Below are positions 7,353 to 17,214 of a stretch of DNA of 64,000 nt, one piece after another (the stretch's first letter is position 1; every line of letters begins with the position of its first letter). The position numbers and the translations under genes are program-made. The stretch comes from a virus: IMG/VR virus record IMGVR_UViG_3300042558_004400, positions 37,706 to 101,705 of that record; one strand, 5' to 3'. The notes below the pieces were generated by a model, which was not told where the DNA came from, made no database searches, and worked only from the letters and a program-made list of their open reading frames with translations.

Positions 7353-7520
7353 TTATCTTTCGTCTTCTGGATAGGTTATTATGTTGCCATTCTTGTCATA
7401 CTCTATTCCGGTTTCATCTATTGTGTGCCCAGTTTTAATGTTTCTAAATAAGCCTTCACCAATCGATACCCAACCGGAGTCACCTATCTCCATAAAGTCA
7501 TCCTCAATGTATGGCCACAT
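7353..7520 (-). CDS. small acidic protein (55 aa), not in ORF track
   Basis: Manual translation MWPYIEDDFMEIGDSGWVSIGEGLFRNIKTGHTIDETGIEYDKNGNIITYPEDER*; AGGAG RBS. Confidence 0.7.
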   Translation of the reverse strand: MWPYIEDDFMEIGDSGWVSIGEGLFRNIKTGHTIDETGIEYDKNGNIITYPEDER

Positions 7521-7731
7521 CTTGATCTCCTACTTTTACTTCGCACTCAGCAAATTTCTCTATATTTAAATAGTAATTCAAAATAAGATATAAGTCTTCA
7601 AGTTCTTTTTTGCTTGCAAAAATACCGGCTACACCACATTTGATAAAGAATTTATCCTCATACTGATGAATTCCTTCACCGTATTCAGATATGCTTACGT
7701 TGTTTCTAGTAATTCTTCCTGTAGTTTCCAT
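7504..7731 (-). CDS. hypothetical protein
   Basis: ORF track; operon packing. Confidence 0.7.
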   Translation of the reverse strand: METTGRITRNNVSISEYGEGIHQYEDKFFIKCGVAGIFASKKELEDLYLILNYYLNIEKFAECEVKVGDQDVAIH

Positions 7732-7733
7732 AA

Positions 7734-8102
7734 TTAATCCTCATCTACTATTGTTATAGGGTTCCAACTTGGATCTCCCATTTTTTCTCTCATATCTTTT
7801 ACGTAAGAGTCCCAGTCTCTTTCGTCTTCAGACTTCTTTTCATAGGTGACCTTCCCTTTAAAGGGGTTTGTTTTAAACCTAGTCATTATAAGTCTGCCCT
7901 GCTTAGTTTTCCATCTTAAATTTCCATTTTTGCAGTCGCAAAAATCGTCAGGATCAGGATCAGTTGTGCCGTCTGGGTCATATCTACCTGAGCATGATCT
8001 ACACTTTGTGTATCTACCCTTGTCCTGACATCTATTGCAAGAGGAGCAGAATGTCCAGCATAGATTTTCTGTTGGATTCTTATAAGTTCCCTTTATAGTC
8101 AC
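7734..8102 (-). CDS. Cys-rich, putative Zn-binding protein
   Basis: CWTFCSSCNRC, CRSC and FCDC; start overlaps the dnaE stop (ATGA-type overlap). Confidence 0.75.
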   Translation of the reverse strand: MTIKGTYKNPTENLCWTFCSSCNRCQDKGRYTKCRSCSGRYDPDGTTDPDPDDFCDCKNGNLRWKTKQGRLIMTRFKTNPFKGKVTYEKKSEDERDWDSYVKDMREKMGDPSWNPITIVDED

Positions 8103-11100
8103 ATAATCTCCTTTAGTATCTCTTCTAATTTTTCTTTTTGTTTTATAGAAGTAGTTTTATTAAACTTTAAGTTAATAGTTTTATTATCTTCTTTACATTG
8201 GAGAAATACATATGATCCTCCATTTGACTCATTAATTATATCATATAATTTATTTATATCTGATTGCTTAAGACCACCATTTATTTTGAGATAGATTGGT
8301 TTTCCACCAGCAAAATTTGAAAGATCTAGTTTGTCACATGAATTTAAAACTATTTTACTGACTGCGTTTTCTTCGTCTCCATCTTTATTGATGGAACCTA
8401 TTATGTTAATAACTTCTCCATCGCTAAAGTATTCATCAGAATAATTTTTAGATTCTCTTGGGAATACCAGCACTTCTATATCAGAGGAGATGTCTTGTAT
8501 ATTAAACTTGTACATCTTCGCACCCTTTTTTGTCACAAGCTTTTTATAACCAGAAATTATTCCAGCTATAGAAACTCTAGAGGACGCAGGCAGTTCTGTT
8601 ATCTCAATAATTTCATGTGAAATATTTTCAGAAAGAAGATCCCAAATTCCATCTACCGGATTCTTAGATATGTATAATCCAAGTTCATCTTTTTCTTTTT
8701 CAAGAATAGATAGTTCAGTTCTTCTTCCGAAGTCATCATCTAAAACGCTATCTATCAGCTCATCAAAGGCTCCAGCCTTAGTGAGGTGCTCAAGTGTCCC
8801 CTTCTTTAATACCGCTGGATTAGTTCTTCTAAAAAAGTCATGCATTGAATCATAAGGTTTATCTTCGTTCCTATTGGATAAAATAGCTTCTGAAACTGCA
8901 TAGCCTATGCCATTAATGGCTGCCAAACCAAAGATAATAGTATGTTCATCTATGACTCCAAACTCTTCTGTAGATCTATTTATAGAAGGTGGAAGAACCT
9001 TTATGTTTCTTTTTCTACAATCTGCCAGATATAAGGACTGCTTTTCTTTATTTCCAACTACAGAGCTCATTAAAGCAGCCATGTATTCTACCGTATAATT
9101 TGTCTTTAAGTAAGCTGTAATATAGGAGATCATCGCATAACTAGCAGCATGTGCTCTGTTAAATCCATATCCACCAAAGTATTCAATGTCCGAATATATT
9201 TTATTAGCCTTGTCTTCTGGTAGAGAAGACACAGCTACACATCCTTCAACAAACTTTCTTCTAAATAAAGAGATCTTATCCATTTGTTTTTTACCAATAG
9301 CTTTACGCAAATCATCTGCTTCTGCAGAGCTAAAGCCAGCTAGCTCTCTAGCCACACCAAGAACATCTTCCTGATACAGCATGATACCCAATGATGGTCC
9401 TAGTACTTTTTCTAATTTTTCGTGATCGTATTGAACCTTAGATCTATTATGCTTTCTATCTATAAAAAGCTTGTCCATCCCAGATCCCATTGGCCCAGGT
9501 CTGTATAGTGATATGAGTGCCATTATGTCTTCTATGTTTTGTGGCTGCAGTTGAACCATCAACTCTCTCATACCAGATGATTCAAGCTGAAACACACCTA
9601 TGGCGTTGCCCTTGCCAAGTTCTTCGTATGTCTTCTTATCGTCTAGGGGTATGGACTCTATGTCTATATTTACGCCCCTACTCTTTTTAACTATCTTTAC
9701 ACATTGGTCTATAACTCCAAGGTTTCTCAATCCCAAGAAGTCAATCTTTAGTAGTCCACACTGCTCAACTCTGCCCATGTCCCACTGTGTGACAACTGGG
9801 CTATCCACTCCCTTTTTCATTATGGGAAGATAGTCTGTTAATGCACCTTTTGATATAACTACTCCTGCAGCATGTATCCCAGTTTGTCTGACTAAACCCT
9901 CTAGTCCAAATGCTGTTTCGACTATAGTCTTTGATTCTTCATTGCTAGAGTATTCTTTTTTAAACTCTGCAACTTCCATACACTCTGATAAAGATTTTGA
10001 TACACCAAGCACTGGTGGCGGAACAAGCTTTGCTACTCTATCTCCAACAATGAATTCATGACCTAAAGCTCTCGCAGCATCTCTGATGGATTGTCTTGCT
10101 CCAGTCCTATTAAATGTACAGATATGTGCAACATGATCTTCTCCATATTTATTTCTTGCGTATTCAATAACTCTATCTCTGTGTCTGTCATCAAAGTCGA
10201 GGTCGATGTCCGGCATGGACTTTCTTCCTTCTACTAAAAATCTTTCAAACATCAAACCAAATCTAATCGGATCAAGATTGGTAATATCAAAAGCGTAAGA
10301 CAGAACGCTTCCTGCAGCAGAACCTCTACCCCAACCTACTCTGATATCATTCTCCTTAGCCCACCTAACTAGATCAGATACAACTAAAAAGTATTCAGGA
10401 AAGCCCATCTCCTTAACGACTCGTAGCTCATGATTAGCTCTATCTAATATATGATTAGGCAGCGGATCTCCATACTTCTTCTTTAGGCCTTCCCAGGCAA
10501 GTCTTTCAAAGTATGTCGTTGAATCTTCCATTGTTGGTATCGGGAAATTTGGAAAATGCATTTCTCCAAATTCTAAATTAACTTCAATCATGTCGTTTAC
10601 ATGCATGGTATTCTTAAGAAGTTCATCAGAAAAAATAGAGGCCATTTCATCGTATGACTGTAAATAAAACTGGTCGCCAGAAAAAGAAAACCTATTAGGC
10701 GTATGTATATTTGAGTTAGTTGCTACACAAAGCATTATGTCATGGGCGTTTGCATCGTGCTGATGAACGTAGTGACAGTCCCCTGATGGAACAACCTTTG
10801 CTCCAATGTGATTAGCTAATTTAATTAGATCAGGTATGATAGTGAGCTGTTCTTGAATACCATGATTTTGAATCTCTATAAAGTAATTCTCTGCACCTAC
10901 GATTTCTTGCATTGAGGTAGCGTGCTTTAAGGCTGTGCTGTAGTCTTTTCTTAATAGGGCTTGAGACACTTCTCCATTAAGACATCCTGATAGGACTATT
11001 ATCCCATCTGAATGTTGTGATATTAGATCGTGATCTATTCTAGGTTTAACATAATAGCCTTCAGTAAACGCTCTGGATGACATCTTAATAATATTGTGAT

Positions 11101-11425
11101 ACCCAATATTATTTTTAGCTAATATAGTTATATGATACGGACCTCTTTGTTCCCACTCATTTTTTGAGGGGCCTGATCTTTCCTCTTCGTCTCTATCAAA
11201 TCTACTTTTTCTAGCCTGATAAAATTCTGAACCAAGAATTGGTTTTACTCCTGCAGCCTTTCCAGCATCGTAAAAGTCTAACCACGAATGTATATTCCCG
11301 TGATCAGTAGTAGCTAATCCAGTCATTCCCAATGACTTAGCTCTTTCTAGATATTGTTCTACACTACCGTGCCCATCCAGCATAGAGAACACAGTATGGT
11401 TGTGTAAGTTGGTCCAGTTTTTCAA
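8099..11425 (-). CDS. dnaE: DNA polymerase III alpha subunit
   Basis: PHP domain LHNHTVFSMLDG...TDHGN, GRGSAAGS, MPDIDLDF, LLKIDFLGL, YGFNRAHA, C-terminal OB fold; no intein visible. Confidence 0.97.
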   Translation of the reverse strand: MKNWTNLHNHTVFSMLDGHGSVEQYLERAKSLGMTGLATTDHGNIHSWLDFYDAGKAAGVKPILGSEFYQARKSRFDRDEEERSGPSKNEWEQRGPYHITILAKNNIGYHNIIKMSSRAFTEGYYVKPRIDHDLISQHSDGIIVLSGCLNGEVSQALLRKDYSTALKHATSMQEIVGAENYFIEIQNHGIQEQLTIIPDLIKLANHIGAKVVPSGDCHYVHQHDANAHDIMLCVATNSNIHTPNRFSFSGDQFYLQSYDEMASIFSDELLKNTMHVNDMIEVNLEFGEMHFPNFPIPTMEDSTTYFERLAWEGLKKKYGDPLPNHILDRANHELRVVKEMGFPEYFLVVSDLVRWAKENDIRVGWGRGSAAGSVLSYAFDITNLDPIRFGLMFERFLVEGRKSMPDIDLDFDDRHRDRVIEYARNKYGEDHVAHICTFNRTGARQSIRDAARALGHEFIVGDRVAKLVPPPVLGVSKSLSECMEVAEFKKEYSSNEESKTIVETAFGLEGLVRQTGIHAAGVVISKGALTDYLPIMKKGVDSPVVTQWDMGRVEQCGLLKIDFLGLRNLGVIDQCVKIVKKSRGVNIDIESIPLDDKKTYEELGKGNAIGVFQLESSGMRELMVQLQPQNIEDIMALISLYRPGPMGSGMDKLFIDRKHNRSKVQYDHEKLEKVLGPSLGIMLYQEDVLGVARELAGFSSAEADDLRKAIGKKQMDKISLFRRKFVEGCVAVSSLPEDKANKIYSDIEYFGGYGFNRAHAASYAMISYITAYLKTNYTVEYMAALMSSVVGNKEKQSLYLADCRKRNIKVLPPSINRSTEEFGVIDEHTIIFGLAAINGIGYAVSEAILSNRNEDKPYDSMHDFFRRTNPAVLKKGTLEHLTKAGAFDELIDSVLDDDFGRRTELSILEKEKDELGLYISKNPVDGIWDLLSENISHEIIEITELPASSRVSIAGIISGYKKLVTKKGAKMYKFNIQDISSDIEVLVFPRESKNYSDEYFSDGEVINIIGSINKDGDEENAVSKIVLNSCDKLDLSNFAGGKPIYLKINGGLKQSDINKLYDIINESNGGSYVFLQCKEDNKTINLKFNKTTSIKQKEKLEEILKEIM

Positions 11426-11622
11426 CCTAATCCTCTTCTTCTTTTAATGGCTTTTAATACATTTTGTACTTCACTTCTATAACATACTGTTACTGTTCCG
11501 CCACAGTATTTACAAACAGCTGAGTGGCCCTCTTGGGCAAAGACGCTATTGTACATATACTTATCAGGCTGCTGATTACCACATTCTGTACAAACGCCTA
11601 CTGCATCATCTTCGTTACTCAT
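11422..11622 (-). CDS. zinc-ribbon protein
   Basis: CTEC...CKYC; start refined to MSNEDD after AGGAGG RBS. Confidence 0.75.
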   Translation of the reverse strand: MSNEDDAVGVCTECGNQQPDKYMYNSVFAQEGHSAVCKYCGGTVTVCYRSEVQNVLKAIKRRRGLG

Positions 11623-12829
11623 GTTCCTCCTTTCTTGGTGCAGGACTATACGCAAATCTAATTGGTGATGGCGAAGATTTTTCTTGAGTTTCTATAAATC
11701 TTCCATTCACTTTTACATACTTATTTCTTTGTTCTAAGGAGCACTCCCCGCATCCAACACCAACTGAGTTTGCTCTTTCGCAAGTGTATGGTCTACCACC
11801 GATTGACATTTGTCTTCTCTTTATCCAGTCATTAATGTGAGAGGATGATTTAGAGAAATTATAATCTCTGCACTGTGAAAGTATCTCGTGCAAATACTTG
11901 ATAGAATCTTCCGTATAGGTAAGTATTGAACACAAAAATAGTCTTGCTTCATGCTCCAGGTAGCCATCATCAATTGCCTGTTGATGGAGTCTTTTTACTG
12001 CAGAGCATTTATTCAACAAGTTATCTTTATTAAATATCTTAGGAGTTTCCTTAAGATCTTTAAACGCTTTTGCCCCATACTTATTAAAGTATTCTAATGG
12101 GTCGTCTTTTCTTTTTTCATGTTCTTCTATATCATAAGTGTATTGCCTATACCACTCATTAGCTTTATAATTAAATTCTTGTTTAGATACTTCTAAGGAG
12201 GAAGGACTAGAACTATATTCTTTAATCACTTCTATTCCCTTTGTGAATATATTTTCTCTTCCATTTGGATTCAAAAGAGTTTTATAATACCCAGTACTCT
12301 GATGCTTTGAGCCAGCCAGTCTCCACATTCTTCTAGCATCATATACGCTAAAGTCTAAAGTGTTTAAATTTAGCTTAGACTTTAGATCGTTGGCAATAAA
12401 TCTATATATCTTAGGAAGGCTATTGGATGGATTTATGCCTAGACAAATGGGTTCACACTCTATGTGAAATCCTTTTTTACCAGTAAAATAAACTAACACA
12501 GAACTCTCTGGTATGTACTGAGTTAAATGATTATATAATTTAATACAATCTTCGTAGGCATCTGCTATAGAATCGCTATCTATGTCAAAGTAAAGCGGAC
12601 CAAGCCTTATCGCTTCACTTATGTCTTGATTATTGTAAGCAAAGACTGATGTATATATGCCGGTATTATCATTGCTGCTAGCATATGGCAGTATCTCTTC
12701 CGCCGTAAGTATAACTGGTTGGCCGTTCTTCTTATCTCTAATCACCCTATTTAAAGATGGAACAAATCTAGCTACTTCGTAATATTTCCATTGTGAAAGA
12801 AACTTATTTTCTTCAACTTCTATTTTCAT
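11615..12829 (-). CDS. archaeo-eukaryotic primase (AEP) with Cys-rich C-terminal domain
   Basis: LYFDIDSD (motif I), FTGKKGFHI (motif II), DFSVYDARRMWRL (motif III); C-terminal KCSA...HEARLFL...YTCE...GCGEC. Confidence 0.85.
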   Translation of the reverse strand: MKIEVEENKFLSQWKYYEVARFVPSLNRVIRDKKNGQPVILTAEEILPYASSNDNTGIYTSVFAYNNQDISEAIRLGPLYFDIDSDSIADAYEDCIKLYNHLTQYIPESSVLVYFTGKKGFHIECEPICLGINPSNSLPKIYRFIANDLKSKLNLNTLDFSVYDARRMWRLAGSKHQSTGYYKTLLNPNGRENIFTKGIEVIKEYSSSPSSLEVSKQEFNYKANEWYRQYTYDIEEHEKRKDDPLEYFNKYGAKAFKDLKETPKIFNKDNLLNKCSAVKRLHQQAIDDGYLEHEARLFLCSILTYTEDSIKYLHEILSQCRDYNFSKSSSHINDWIKRRQMSIGGRPYTCERANSVGVGCGECSLEQRNKYVKVNGRFIETQEKSSPSPIRFAYSPAPRKEEHE

Positions 12830-12995
12830 ATAGTGGTATTTTACCAGATTCTTGCTTTGAATTCCATAGAATGATCTTATTATTTTCTATCATTTCTTCT
12901 GAATGAGTTCTATAATATACAGATTCTTCTATGAAATACTCCATTTTTTTTATTGCAGTAAATCTTTTTAATAAACGATCATCAGTTTCGTTCAT
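12813..12995 (-). CDS. hypothetical protein
   Basis: ORF track; coupled overlaps at both ends. Confidence 0.65.
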   Translation of the reverse strand: MNETDDRLLKRFTAIKKMEYFIEESVYYRTHSEEMIENNKIILWNSKQESGKIPLYENRS

Positions 12996-13668
12996 CTTTT
13001 TCCGTCTTCCATCTGTCTAGCTTTATGTTTTCTCCATCAACGATGTAATGAACCTTTGATGCAACGTTGTCTGCTAGGTGAACTATCATATCCATGTATG
13101 TAATAGGAATAGTTTCTGGCACGGGAGACCATGGCCCAAGGTGACATCTCACTAGTCTTAGAATTGATTGTACTATATCTTCAGATATAAAAAGAGTTGA
13201 AGACTGAGATTCAGAAGCATAGTTCTTATCGTCTTCTTGACATTTTTGGACTAGTCTTGCAACAGTGTACGGATGCATTGGATCGTAGTGGAAGGAGTCT
13301 TCCCCCTCAAGCTTAATGCCCTTAGTAACATCATGCAATATGCAAGCTGCAAAAACTATATCAGTGTCCTCCCTAGATAGGGAGTATGATTCACACATTA
13401 TCTTAGCTGCTCTAACAACTCTTTTTGTATGAAGGACATTGCCACCATAGTTGTGCTCGTCAGCTGGATGGTATTTTCCAGAAAAGCTTGATGTTATAGA
13501 CCAAAAGCTAGAAGCTCTTAGAAGAATTGCTCTTACAAAAGATTTTATAGACTCATCAAATATATAATTAATTTCTTCTAAAATTGGCTCAAGTATTTTG
13601 TCTTCATCTTTTCTTGGTACTACGCTATTATTCTCTGATAGAATTTCATCAAGTATATTATTTGACAT
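12982..13668 (-). CDS. HD-domain phosphohydrolase (YhaM-like)
   Basis: SGKYHP...GNVLHT, ILHDVTKG, RCHLGPW, IVHLADNVAS. Confidence 0.85.
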   Translation of the reverse strand: MSNNILDEILSENNSVVPRKDEDKILEPILEEINYIFDESIKSFVRAILLRASSFWSITSSFSGKYHPADEHNYGGNVLHTKRVVRAAKIMCESYSLSREDTDIVFAACILHDVTKGIKLEGEDSFHYDPMHPYTVARLVQKCQEDDKNYASESQSSTLFISEDIVQSILRLVRCHLGPWSPVPETIPITYMDMIVHLADNVASKVHYIVDGENIKLDRWKTEKDERN

Positions 13669-14461
13669 TTATCTGTCCATCTTTTTTTGTGCTGATATTC
13701 CATTTAGAACAGACTGCATCGTGCGGGCATGAAGTGCAGTATGAAATCATACCTCTTCTAGGTAGGAATAATTTGTCTTCATGCAACGTAGTGCACCATG
13801 CATCTACTGTTTCAAGATCTTCTTTCTTACTTTCAAACTTAGTAAAGTTTGGTTTAGGATTTAATAAGTCATAGTAACCAAACTCTGTTATATCTATTTT
13901 ATTGCCGTACTTACTAAAGTAACTCATATTCATCACAGCAAAGTCTGTTGAGTACAAGTATTGCTTCTTAAATTTAATATTGAAAACCCATTTAACTACA
14001 TACACCTTTTTATTATGATGGTATATTAAATCAAATTTGTCGGTCACAGCAACCTTATTATTGACCGGTACTATGAACTCTTCATCTATTGCTATGGGTA
14101 TAATTCCACTGTCTGAAAAGTTTTCCGAGATAGCCAACAAGGCTGAAGCTGCTCTACTGGTGAGGCTTGCATTGTTGCCATAAAAACTTTCATGTTGCTC
14201 GTGCGTTATATCATATGCCGTAGTACCTTTGGGGTACCATATCTTTTCCCATCTGTTTAATAGGGAAGCATACGACGGAACTGAACCTGATTGTTTCTTG
14301 TAAAAAAAGAAATTAACAATACTCTTTAAGGCATTTTCATATCTTATGTACGTAAGATCTCTTCCACCTATCTTCTCGGTGAGCTTGTCTACGTGTCTGT
14401 AGTCATATAGTCTTCCACATAGCTGATAATCTTTTAATTCTTTAACTGTTAGTTTTAACAT
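13658..14461 (-). CDS. PD-(D/E)XK-fold RecB/AddB-like protein, catalytic motif degenerate
   Basis: LKDYQLCGRLY N-terminus, DKFDLI, C-terminal CTSCPHDAVC; lacks the D-Y-K motif. Confidence 0.6.
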   Translation of the reverse strand: MLKLTVKELKDYQLCGRLYDYRHVDKLTEKIGGRDLTYIRYENALKSIVNFFFYKKQSGSVPSYASLLNRWEKIWYPKGTTAYDITHEQHESFYGNNASLTSRAASALLAISENFSDSGIIPIAIDEEFIVPVNNKVAVTDKFDLIYHHNKKVYVVKWVFNIKFKKQYLYSTDFAVMNMSYFSKYGNKIDITEFGYYDLLNPKPNFTKFESKKEDLETVDAWCTTLHEDKLFLPRRGMISYCTSCPHDAVCSKWNISTKKDGQINVK

Positions 14462-14467
14462 AATTTC

Positions 14468-15937
14468 CTAAATCACTCTCATTGAATCAGCTAAATCGCT
14501 GACATCAAAATCTGAATCTTGCTTGTAGTTCTCTTGAGTAATTGCTTCATACTCTTCATATGTTTTTCTTTCATCCACATATCTCACTAAAGGAGAATCG
14601 TAAACAAAAGTAGATCCTGTAATTCTATTTTTTGGTATCTGAAGTTGCATGATATTTTCATCTTCAGAGTCATCACCACTAGCTAGCTTTTTATCTGTAA
14701 TGAATATTGTTACTGCACACTTTTGCTGTATAGCTAAAGAACCACCAGTGTCAGACTGTTGAACAACTTCTCTTTTTTCTTTCATTCTATTTGAGTTTTC
14801 CTGAGCAGTGATAATAAGCACGCAGTTCATATCTCTGGCCAGCTTCTCTAAGCGAACCATCATCTCTTCAAACTCGCCCCATCGAGGTTTACCTTTTCCA
14901 CCTCTTGTAAACATAGATTGGATTGTATCTATAACGATAACATCTGGAACACGATCGTCACTTCCCATGATATCTCTAAGCCATCTCTCTAAATCTTCAA
15001 AATAAGGAGTCTCAGGGTCGTGTCTAACCATGAACCTATCCCCCCATTCATTAAGCTTATCTCTAAAGATTCCAAGATACTTACTTTTTTGTTCTTCGTT
15101 CCAAGTTGCTGACTCTTTGTAAACATTCTTTCCAATTATTTGAGTCATTAAAACTCTTTCCCAGTGAGCAATTGCTTCTTCAAAGTTTACATACAACACC
15201 TTGTAGCCTGAATCAGCCCAGTGATTAATCAGACATTTTGCGAATGTACTCTTGCCCTTTCCTGATCCTGCAATTATTGCATGCACAGCGCCTTTGAAGA
15301 ATCCACCTTCATCAGTATAGCCCATAGCTCTATTTAAAGCTTTGTATTGAGTTGGCAAAAAGTTTGGTATCTCTAATAAGTCTTCTGCTCTTTTCGATAT
15401 GTCATTAGCGGTAGTTACACTATCTAGAGGGTTGTAATTCAATTCGTTTTCAAGATCTTTAATATCAGAAGTAATCTGCGCTATTCTTGATATGTCTTTT
15501 TCATTCTTTTCTCCCTTTTGAGTTATTAAGATCTGAAGTTCTTGTAGAGAATCTAATTGTTTTCTCTTATTGGCCTTGTGTTTAACCAACTTAGTAATAG
15601 ACTCCGGTGTAGACAGCTCCATGGACATTAGAATATCCATCATTGCGTCAACCCCAGATGTTCCACCTAGAGCAGAGTAAATGTCTGTCTCTGAGTCTAA
15701 CCACACTTTAAAAGCTATAGGGTTTACTTCGTCTAGTTTTGTCGTATGATGATATGCCAGTAGTGCTTTATAAAACTCATTTATCCCAGTCTGACCATGT
15801 ATGGTGCCTACTATGTCTTCTGGTAAAAAAGCATCGAAGAAAACTATTGCATCTTTTTCTCTAAGCGAAAGAGCAAATATCTGATACTCGACTGGGAATT
15901 CTTTTTCTTTTTGTTCCGTGTCTAGTTCAGTTTCCAT
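14468..15937 (-). CDS. DnaB-like (SF4) replicative helicase
   Basis: Walker A AGSGKGKST, VLYVNFEEA, Walker B VIVIDTIQ, ITAQEN, KNR arginine finger. Confidence 0.9.
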   Translation of the reverse strand: METELDTEQKEKEFPVEYQIFALSLREKDAIVFFDAFLPEDIVGTIHGQTGINEFYKALLAYHHTTKLDEVNPIAFKVWLDSETDIYSALGGTSGVDAMMDILMSMELSTPESITKLVKHKANKRKQLDSLQELQILITQKGEKNEKDISRIAQITSDIKDLENELNYNPLDSVTTANDISKRAEDLLEIPNFLPTQYKALNRAMGYTDEGGFFKGAVHAIIAGSGKGKSTFAKCLINHWADSGYKVLYVNFEEAIAHWERVLMTQIIGKNVYKESATWNEEQKSKYLGIFRDKLNEWGDRFMVRHDPETPYFEDLERWLRDIMGSDDRVPDVIVIDTIQSMFTRGGKGKPRWGEFEEMMVRLEKLARDMNCVLIITAQENSNRMKEKREVVQQSDTGGSLAIQQKCAVTIFITDKKLASGDDSEDENIMQLQIPKNRITGSTFVYDSPLVRYVDERKTYEEYEAITQENYKQDSDFDVSDLADSMRVI

Positions 15938-16577
15938 CTTGTTTTCTTTTTTCTTTCATTGTTTTATAATAAGCTTTTCTACTTTCAGAGTTCTTCTTCT
16001 TAGCCTCTAAGTAAAATTGATTATTTTTTAATGTTCTTTTCTGAACACGTACTGGCACATTGGGTGCACTCTTTATGGCCTGTAACATTCTATCATAAAC
16101 AGACTCTTCTGATAGGTTGTCATTGTACCTAAATACGATAAGAGCTATCCCTAACTCTTTGCACATCTGCATCTTTTTTTCATCTCTTTTTTGTGCTTCT
16201 TCAAATTCATACTTTGTATCAAAGAATCTTTGAGTATAAAAAAAATGCTGCCTACCATGATACTCTGCAGCTAGGTTGTACTTTGGGCAATAAACATCTA
16301 GTCTTAGCTTATCGCCTAGGTGATGCTCGTTAACGATTTCTTCTCCTGGTAAAAGTTTTTTCATAACTAGAGTCAGGGCAGTTTGGCCTCTTGACATCTT
16401 TTTATTTTTATCTTTTATCCAAGAAAGACCTAATTGTTTTATTCTTTTATTTAGGTCAGGAACTGAATATGATAGTTCTGCTGCTATTTGAGTTGTAGAT
16501 AAATTGCTTTCAAACAAAAGATCTTTGAGAAACTCATCATCGTCTTGTTGTTCTTCCCATTTTTTCTTCAAGTGCAC
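15927..16577 (-). CDS. HTH plus Vsr/DUF559-like endonuclease
   Basis: LRLDVYCPKYNLAAEYHGRQH...RDEKKMQMCKELGIALIVF; GTG start after AAGAGG inferred. Confidence 0.7.
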   Translation of the reverse strand: MHLKKKWEEQQDDDEFLKDLLFESNLSTTQIAAELSYSVPDLNKRIKQLGLSWIKDKNKKMSRGQTALTLVMKKLLPGEEIVNEHHLGDKLRLDVYCPKYNLAAEYHGRQHFFYTQRFFDTKYEFEEAQKRDEKKMQMCKELGIALIVFRYNDNLSEESVYDRMLQAIKSAPNVPVRVQKRTLKNNQFYLEAKKKNSESRKAYYKTMKEKRKQDGN

Positions 16578-17214
16578 CCTCTTTATTTCTATCAAATGCT
16601 CGTGCTACAGTTAGTGTTTTTCCAAAGTCTAAGATTGACATCTTTGTTTTTTCCCAAAGCTTAGGAGCTATAGCAGAAGCAAACATAGGGCAATCAAGAA
16701 TGCACATTTGATATTCACCATCGAACTCAGACACTTGAGCTAATATTGAATCTACCTTATCATAAAAATCATTGTATGGGACTTGTATGAAAGCAGAGTC
16801 TTTAGAAAAAAACTTTCCAATATTTGATTTATGCTGGAAAGAGATTACCAATACCTTGTTATGCTTGAAGTAGTACTGCATGAATGTTTTAAATATGTCA
16901 TAGTCTTCATTGATATAATTCTCAAGGAAGCATGAATCATAAAATACTTTATCCTTTAGGCCAACCTTGCTAAGCTTATCCTGTTGTGAATAGATGAAGT
17001 CAGGCTGTATTCCTGCAATATACTGAGGGTCATTAGAGGTGATGCTAGTTAGTATTGATTGAACAAAATTCTTTGGTGGTTTTTTATCGCCCTTAATATC
17101 GCCAATAATAGAAAAAAATGAAGATCTCGTATATGATACAAAGGCAAATCTTTTTTTCTTTTCTATAAGATCTGTTACTTTTATTATTGTTTCTTTAGTA
17201 TTATATGTTTTCAT
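16537..17214 (-). CDS. possible GT-D-fold glycosyltransferase-like protein
   Basis: C-terminal CILDCPMFASAIAPKLW...SILDFG resembles GT-D/DUF1792 proteins; adjacent to a GT2; weak recognition. Confidence 0.45.
   Translation of the reverse strand: MKTYNTKETIIKVTDLIEKKKRFAFVSYTRSSFFSIIGDIKGDKKPPKNFVQSILTSITSNDPQYIAGIQPDFIYSQQDKLSKVGLKDKVFYDSCFLENYINEDYDIFKTFMQYYFKHNKVLVISFQHKSNIGKFFSKDSAFIQVPYNDFYDKVDSILAQVSEFDGEYQMCILDCPMFASAIAPKLWEKTKMSILDFGKTLTVARAFDRNKEGALEEKMGRTTRR

Noticed and set aside
16537-16595. Overlap between the GT-D-like and endonuclease ORFs as a further frameshift
   Set aside because: Explained by a GTG start with AAGAGG RBS at 16577; no CGG-A, and the two proteins are unrelated
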